This document shows positions 59,640 to 64,000 of a stretch of 64,000 nucleotides of DNA, in pieces. The notes under the pieces are model-generated. The model worked only from the letters and a program-made list of their open reading frames with translations. It searched no databases and was not told the origin of the DNA. Each line of letters opens with the position of its first letter. Positions within the stretch are counted from its first letter, which is position 1. The position numbers and the translations under genes were made by a program. Source of the DNA: a bacterium (lineage in GTDB: Bacteria > Zixibacteria > MSB-5A5 > GN15 > FEB-12); assembly GCA_043811375.1 (NCBI GenBank), contig JBDRNJ010000027.1:15539-79538 (forward strand), given 5' to 3'.

Positions 59640-61745
59640 ATGCCTCGTTTTCGGCGGCAACATCTTTGGTATCTGCTGACAGCAATCATACTCGTCGTCG
59701 GCTTTGTTTTCTGGCAGTCCGATCTTCGGTCCGATCCCCCGATGCACTATACCGGCCTCGGGCAATCGTTATCAACTGATCCCGCTCAGTACGTCTTTCA
59801 TGCCCGCAACAACGCTCTCTTCGGTGACTCTGACCCGTACGATTACCCGCGCTGGACAGTCTACCAGCACTCGCTGGTATCTCTGACGGCTTACCTCTGG
59901 TTTGCTGTCGCCGGTGTCTCAATGGAACAGGCCGGGATGGTCGGTGTCATACTCTGTCTGGGGGGACTGGTTCTGCTCGTACTGGGGCTGATCCGTCGTC
60001 ACAGCCCGTGGGTTGTGGCGGCGCTGGCTGTTTGTTATCTGCTCAACGTGACGCTGTATACATACGGACGGTTATCCTATCTTGAAAGTGGGTTGGTTTT
60101 CCTGGCCGCACTGACGTTCCTGATCTATTCCCGATGGGGAGATCGTCTCTGGGGAATCGCCCTGGCCGGAGTTGTTGTGGGGCTGGCGACCATATCCGGG
60201 AAATTGTTCGGAGCCTTACTGATGCCGGCTCTGGTGGCCGCTGTCCTCCTTTCGGGGCAGCCTTCCCGTTGGCGATTCAGCTTGACGGCAGTGACGGCTT
60301 TCGTTCTGAGCGTTGCAGGCTGCGCGTTGCTGTTTTACGGAACTGAGGCTGGGGCCGCGATGGGCTATGTACACGAGCAGACATATGGCCTGCGGGGATT
60401 TCCGGAAGGTCTCAGTTCGCCGTGGGCACTGATTGAAAGACTGGTCTCATACGGTTTTAAGGGGCACCTGTACTACCTTGATATCGACCTGCTGCTGTTT
60501 TTGGTGGTGGGGCTGCTGTTGCTGACCGTATACCTTGAGCGGGAGCACCTGGCAGCACTTCCACGCTCGACCATATTCTCATTGTGCTGGATGGCGATAG
60601 CAATGGCGGGGCTGGCGCCGTTGAACTACTCGCCGCTGCGCTATGCCATTTTCATTATACCGGCGATTGTGATCTTCTGCCTGACGATGCTGGAGGTGTT
60701 ATCGAAGCGGGGAGAAGTTCAGGTGTCGATTACCGGCAAGGGCAATTTCATTCTGCTAACGGTTATCTTCTGGCTGGTTTTGTTTCACGGACTGGGAATA
60801 GTAATTTTTCTCAACACCGTACCGCGCCCGATCCGGCTTCTGACATGGGCCACGCTGCCCGGAGCGGTGGTGCTGGCCTACGCCGTTAAGCAGGCTCTCA
60901 AGCAGCGGGCGATTAAAGTAACCGGAAGGACACTGGCAGTGTTGAGCCTGATCCTGGTCCTGATTTCCGCAGCCTTCAACTGGTACCAGATCCGCCGCCA
61001 CCACTGGGTGGAGCACAATTTCAACATTATGGAAGCCAATGCAGACCTGGCAGCCATAGTCTCCGACGGGGCAGTAGTGTCCGGCCCATACGGACCGTGT
61101 TTGACGTTGGACAATCAGGTGAAATCATTCATACACCTTTTTGGAGTAGCCACTGTTGACTCGACTCTGTTTGATCGCCAGCCGATCACCCACCTGGCTG
61201 TTGATGCCTCCAACTGGGTCAAAGCGGTCGAAGACTACCCGCAACTGGCCGACATGAACCCGATTACCATCTACTGGATACGCGATGTTGAGGTGCGACT
61301 ATACAATATCAGCCAGGTCTTCGACAACGAAGAAGCGCATCGCTATCAGGAAACACCGTTCGAAGAAGCGATGCGATACTACCAAGAGGGGCAGTTTGTC
61401 GAAGCTCTGAAGCTGGTCGACACTTTCTATCGGGAGCATCCCCAATCCAAATCAGCAGGATTGCTGCTGGGGAGCTTGTTGGCCATGTCGGGTCGGTCGG
61501 AGGAAGCGTATCACGTACTGACAACTGCAGCCGAGAGATTTCCAACCGATTTCTGGGTACAACTCCAGTGCGGGCGATTCATTCAAATGGTGGCTGAAAG
61601 CAGAAGGGACAGATACCATCTCAATATCGCTGAGCAATACTATTACCGGGCCTCAAAGGTGAATCCCTTTCAACTCGATCTTTTACGCCAAGTATGGTTC
61701 CAGGTGGCTAACCAATATGGCGAAGGCAGTGGTACGCCGCCATAG
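59640..61745 (+). CDS. GT-C-like polytopic membrane protein with TPR tail
   Basis: TD..Y.F.ARN, R.SYLE, PLRY, many TMs. Confidence 0.7.
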   Translation: MPRFRRQHLWYLLTAIILVVGFVFWQSDLRSDPPMHYTGLGQSLSTDPAQYVFHARNNALFGDSDPYDYPRWTVYQHSLVSLTAYLWFAVAGVSMEQAGMVGVILCLGGLVLLVLGLIRRHSPWVVAALAVCYLLNVTLYTYGRLSYLESGLVFLAALTFLIYSRWGDRLWGIALAGVVVGLATISGKLFGALLMPALVAAVLLSGQPSRWRFSLTAVTAFVLSVAGCALLFYGTEAGAAMGYVHEQTYGLRGFPEGLSSPWALIERLVSYGFKGHLYYLDIDLLLFLVVGLLLLTVYLEREHLAALPRSTIFSLCWMAIAMAGLAPLNYSPLRYAIFIIPAIVIFCLTMLEVLSKRGEVQVSITGKGNFILLTVIFWLVLFHGLGIVIFLNTVPRPIRLLTWATLPGAVVLAYAVKQALKQRAIKVTGRTLAVLSLILVLISAAFNWYQIRRHHWVEHNFNIMEANADLAAIVSDGAVVSGPYGPCLTLDNQVKSFIHLFGVATVDSTLFDRQPITHLAVDASNWVKAVEDYPQLADMNPITIYWIRDVEVRLYNISQVFDNEEAHRYQETPFEEAMRYYQEGQFVEALKLVDTFYREHPQSKSAGLLLGSLLAMSGRSEEAYHVLTTAAERFPTDFWVQLQCGRFIQMVAESRRDRYHLNIAEQYYYRASKVNPFQLDLLRQVWFQVANQYGEGSGTPP

Positions 61746-61795
61746 GCCATCAAGTGTTGAAGGCTAAGTCAACCGGCCACTGGCTGAGATTCGGA

Positions 61796-62212
61796 TCAGA
61801 ACGGCAGATCATCGTCGTTGCCGGAACTATCCGAAGGAGCCGGGGCGGCTTCCGCTGATGGCGAAGGTGCCCCGGAGGCAGTGTCCTTGCTGCCCAGGAA
61901 CTGGAAGTTCTGAACGACTACTTCTGAGACATAGCGTTTGTTGCCGTCTTTGTCGTCGTAGCTCCGATTCTGGATGCGGCCTTCGATATAGACCTGCTTA
62001 CCTTTGGATAAGTATTCCTTGATCACCTCTGCCTGGCGACCCCAGGCGACGATGTTGTGCCACACCGTCGATTCCTTCTGCTGGCCATCCTCGCTTTTCC
62101 ACCGTTCGTTGGTGGCCAGGGTGAAACTGGCGACCGCTTTGCCACTCTGTGTGTAACGCAACTCCGGGTCCTTACCCAGGTTTCCGATCAGGATAGCTTT
62201 GTTGACGCTCAT
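61796..62212 (-). CDS. ssb: Single-stranded DNA-binding protein
   Basis: MSVNKAILIGNLGKDPE ... DDDLPF. Confidence 0.97.
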   Translation of the reverse strand: MSVNKAILIGNLGKDPELRYTQSGKAVASFTLATNERWKSEDGQQKESTVWHNIVAWGRQAEVIKEYLSKGKQVYIEGRIQNRSYDDKDGNKRYVSEVVVQNFQFLGSKDTASGAPSPSAEAAPAPSDSSGNDDDLPF

Positions 62213-62300
62213 AATTCCCCTTCCGAATAAATTCCAACTTTCTGCAATATAGGATACATCGGGCCGGTCTGTCAAGGACACCGTGCCAGGATGTGATATT

Positions 62301-62951
62301 TCATCGGCGTCGACAGCACACCACCAGGGCGTTGCCTTCGACCTTGAAAACGGCCCGGTGAGCGCATATCCGGTTGCTGATACCACGCGTGTCGCCTCGC
62401 CGAATAGAGGTATTGCTGACATCGAATTCGGTTCCTCGGCATGTCAGCCGGATTCGGTGCGAAAGTGGAATTACCGAGACAATTTCTCCGGAACGACCGA
62501 CAAACCTTACCTGGCCATCGTGCACGAAGGTGATTTCGTGGCGTTGATCGAGAAACCGAATCAGTGGGAGCGAACTCCTGCGACGCAACCTGTCCACCAG
62601 GTGGACCAGCATCACGTTTCCCATAAAGTGGTCCGGGCGACCGCAGTTGGGAACCACGATGTCAATACCGGCAGCACGGCTTTCCAGGCAGTATTCCAGC
62701 GCCAGTTGCAGGTCGGTTTTGTTCTTGCGGGCCGGAAAGGAGATCACCTGTGACTGTTTGACAAGCGGTCGTGTCGCAGCCGGTAAAGAGTCAAGGTCGC
62801 CGATAAGAATGTCCGGTGCTAGACGAGCTTTCGCGAAGAACTTCATGCCGCCATCGGCGGCTACCTTAACCCGTGATCGGCACAGCCGTCGATAGAACGC
62901 CAGGTGTTCGGTGCGATAGGTGCCGTTGACAAATATGATATAGTTCTTCAT
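62301..62951 (-). CDS. thiN: Thiamine diphosphokinase
   Basis: AADGG, GDLDS, KNKTDLQLAL, GRPDH, GISN. Confidence 0.92.
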   Translation of the reverse strand: MKNYIIFVNGTYRTEHLAFYRRLCRSRVKVAADGGMKFFAKARLAPDILIGDLDSLPAATRPLVKQSQVISFPARKNKTDLQLALEYCLESRAAGIDIVVPNCGRPDHFMGNVMLVHLVDRLRRRSSLPLIRFLDQRHEITFVHDGQVRFVGRSGEIVSVIPLSHRIRLTCRGTEFDVSNTSIRRGDTRGISNRICAHRAVFKVEGNALVVCCRRR

Positions 62952-62966
62952 TCGAAAGAGATAGCT

Positions 62967-63644
62967 CTAACCGGAGGTGTTGCGGGTCGGCGGATAATGA
63001 TACTCATGCACCTGACTGACCAGATCGCGGCGGTCCGTGCTGCCGAAAAAGGCGGTACCTATTACCAGTATGTCCGCCCCGGCCCCGGCTACCGTTTCCG
63101 CATTGTGGTTGTCGATACCGCCGTCCACTTGAATTTTAGCCGACAAACCTTCAGAATCGATATAACGGCGCGCGGCTGTGATTTTCGGCAACGTCGCTTC
63201 TATGAACTCCTGGCCTCCAAAACCGGGGAATACCGACATTATCAGCAGGTAGTCAAACAGTTGCAAATATGGCAGGACCTTCTCGACAGGCATGTCCGGG
63301 TTGAGGGAAATGCCCGCTTTGAGTCCCAGGTTCCTGATACGGCGCACGATCTCGGTCGGATCGGGGTGAATCTCGATGTGAAACGTTATGCTGTCGGCAC
63401 CGGCCCGGTGGAAGGCATCGAAGTACTCTTCCGGCCGTGACAGCATCAGGTGAACATCGAGGAAGCGATCGGTCAGCCGGTCGATGGTTTTGACGATACC
63501 CGGCCCGAACGAGATATTGGGCGCAAAACGCCCGTCCATGATGTCGAGATGAAACATGTCGACACCCAGTCGATCGGCATCGACTATCTCTTCTGCCAGA
63601 CGTGAAAAGTCGGCGCCTAACACCGAGGGAGCAATCTCAGCCAT
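62967..63644 (-). CDS. rpe: Ribulose-phosphate 3-epimerase
   Basis: IAPS, HLDIMDG, DVHLM, PGFGGQ, VDGG. Confidence 0.97.
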   Translation of the reverse strand: MAEIAPSVLGADFSRLAEEIVDADRLGVDMFHLDIMDGRFAPNISFGPGIVKTIDRLTDRFLDVHLMLSRPEEYFDAFHRAGADSITFHIEIHPDPTEIVRRIRNLGLKAGISLNPDMPVEKVLPYLQLFDYLLIMSVFPGFGGQEFIEATLPKITAARRYIDSEGLSAKIQVDGGIDNHNAETVAGAGADILVIGTAFFGSTDRRDLVSQVHEYHYPPTRNTSG

Positions 63645-63721
63645 GCATGTAATGTCTCGATTCCCGGTCGGCGGCGCAAGGTCAAAGATAACATGGAGAG
63701 CATTGTGGTGGCCGGTCCGGT

Positions 63722-64000
63722 TTACGGCTTCAGGTTCTGGTTTTGCAGTACAATACGGGCGTTGTTCTGAAGACCGGCCAGCTTGGGGCGGGTCAACGAA
63801 GTACCTTCCGTCAACTCCAGGAACTCATAGTCGTCTTGCAGATTGAGAATTCGGCGAGCATCGAGCGATTCACCGACGCCGTTTTCCGGTAGGAAATCCC
63901 GGTGGCCGATTACGATGGCTCGTTCGTTGTGCGGGCAGACTTCCTGGCAGATGTCGCAGCCGAAAATGAGATTACCCATCCGGGCCGCCAGTTCCTCTGG
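63722..64000 (-). CDS. queG: Epoxyqueuosine reductase, 3' part
   Basis: [16 protein letters not shown] runs off the window edge. Confidence 0.8.
   Translation of the reverse strand, partial: PEELAARMGNLIFGCDICQEVCPHNERAIVIGHRDFLPENGVGESLDARRILNLQDDYEFLELTEGTSLTRPKLAGLQNNARIVLQNQNLKP

Noticed and set aside
1..64000. CRISPR array, rRNA, transposase, reverse transcriptase or phage structural genes
   Set aside because: No regularly spaced repeats or recognisable motifs seen.

Overview
Bacterial chromosome segment, probably from a Zixibacteria-like lineage (inferred from the C25 peptidase with a C-terminal dockerin-like tail and the gene set; not checked by search). The left ~24.5 kb is a mosaic genomic island anchored at the 3' end of tRNA-Asp by a tyrosine integrase and a convergent excisionase-like HTH gene. 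It carries two paralogous, oppositely oriented modules of HerA/FtsK/VirB4-like ATPase plus winged helix plus PD-(D/E)XK nuclease. One is fused (3749-5794) and sits next to an Orc1/Cdc6-like AAA+ gene. The other is split (19847-21924) and lies in a NYN / 4TM / vWA-lipoprotein / Zn-finger / small-TM operon. The island also shows archaeal-looking parts (Cdc6-like gene, acylphosphatase-like gene, BRE-TATA-like promoters), a hairpin/pseudoknot-rich non-coding locus with a 37-bp satellite copy, a diverged gene remnant and a tRNA-Pro-like fragment. The rest is mostly core genome: tRNA-Asp and tRNA-Val, ECF sigma/anti-sigma, holA, C25 peptidase, a type IV pilus/T2SS cluster with sigma28-like promoters, a probable 6S RNA, two PPIases, hprK, purL, a GAF-PP2C phosphatase, a UGA-recoded selenoprotein selD, ssb, thiN, rpe and partial queG. 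One solitary ApeA-like HEPN gene is inserted there.
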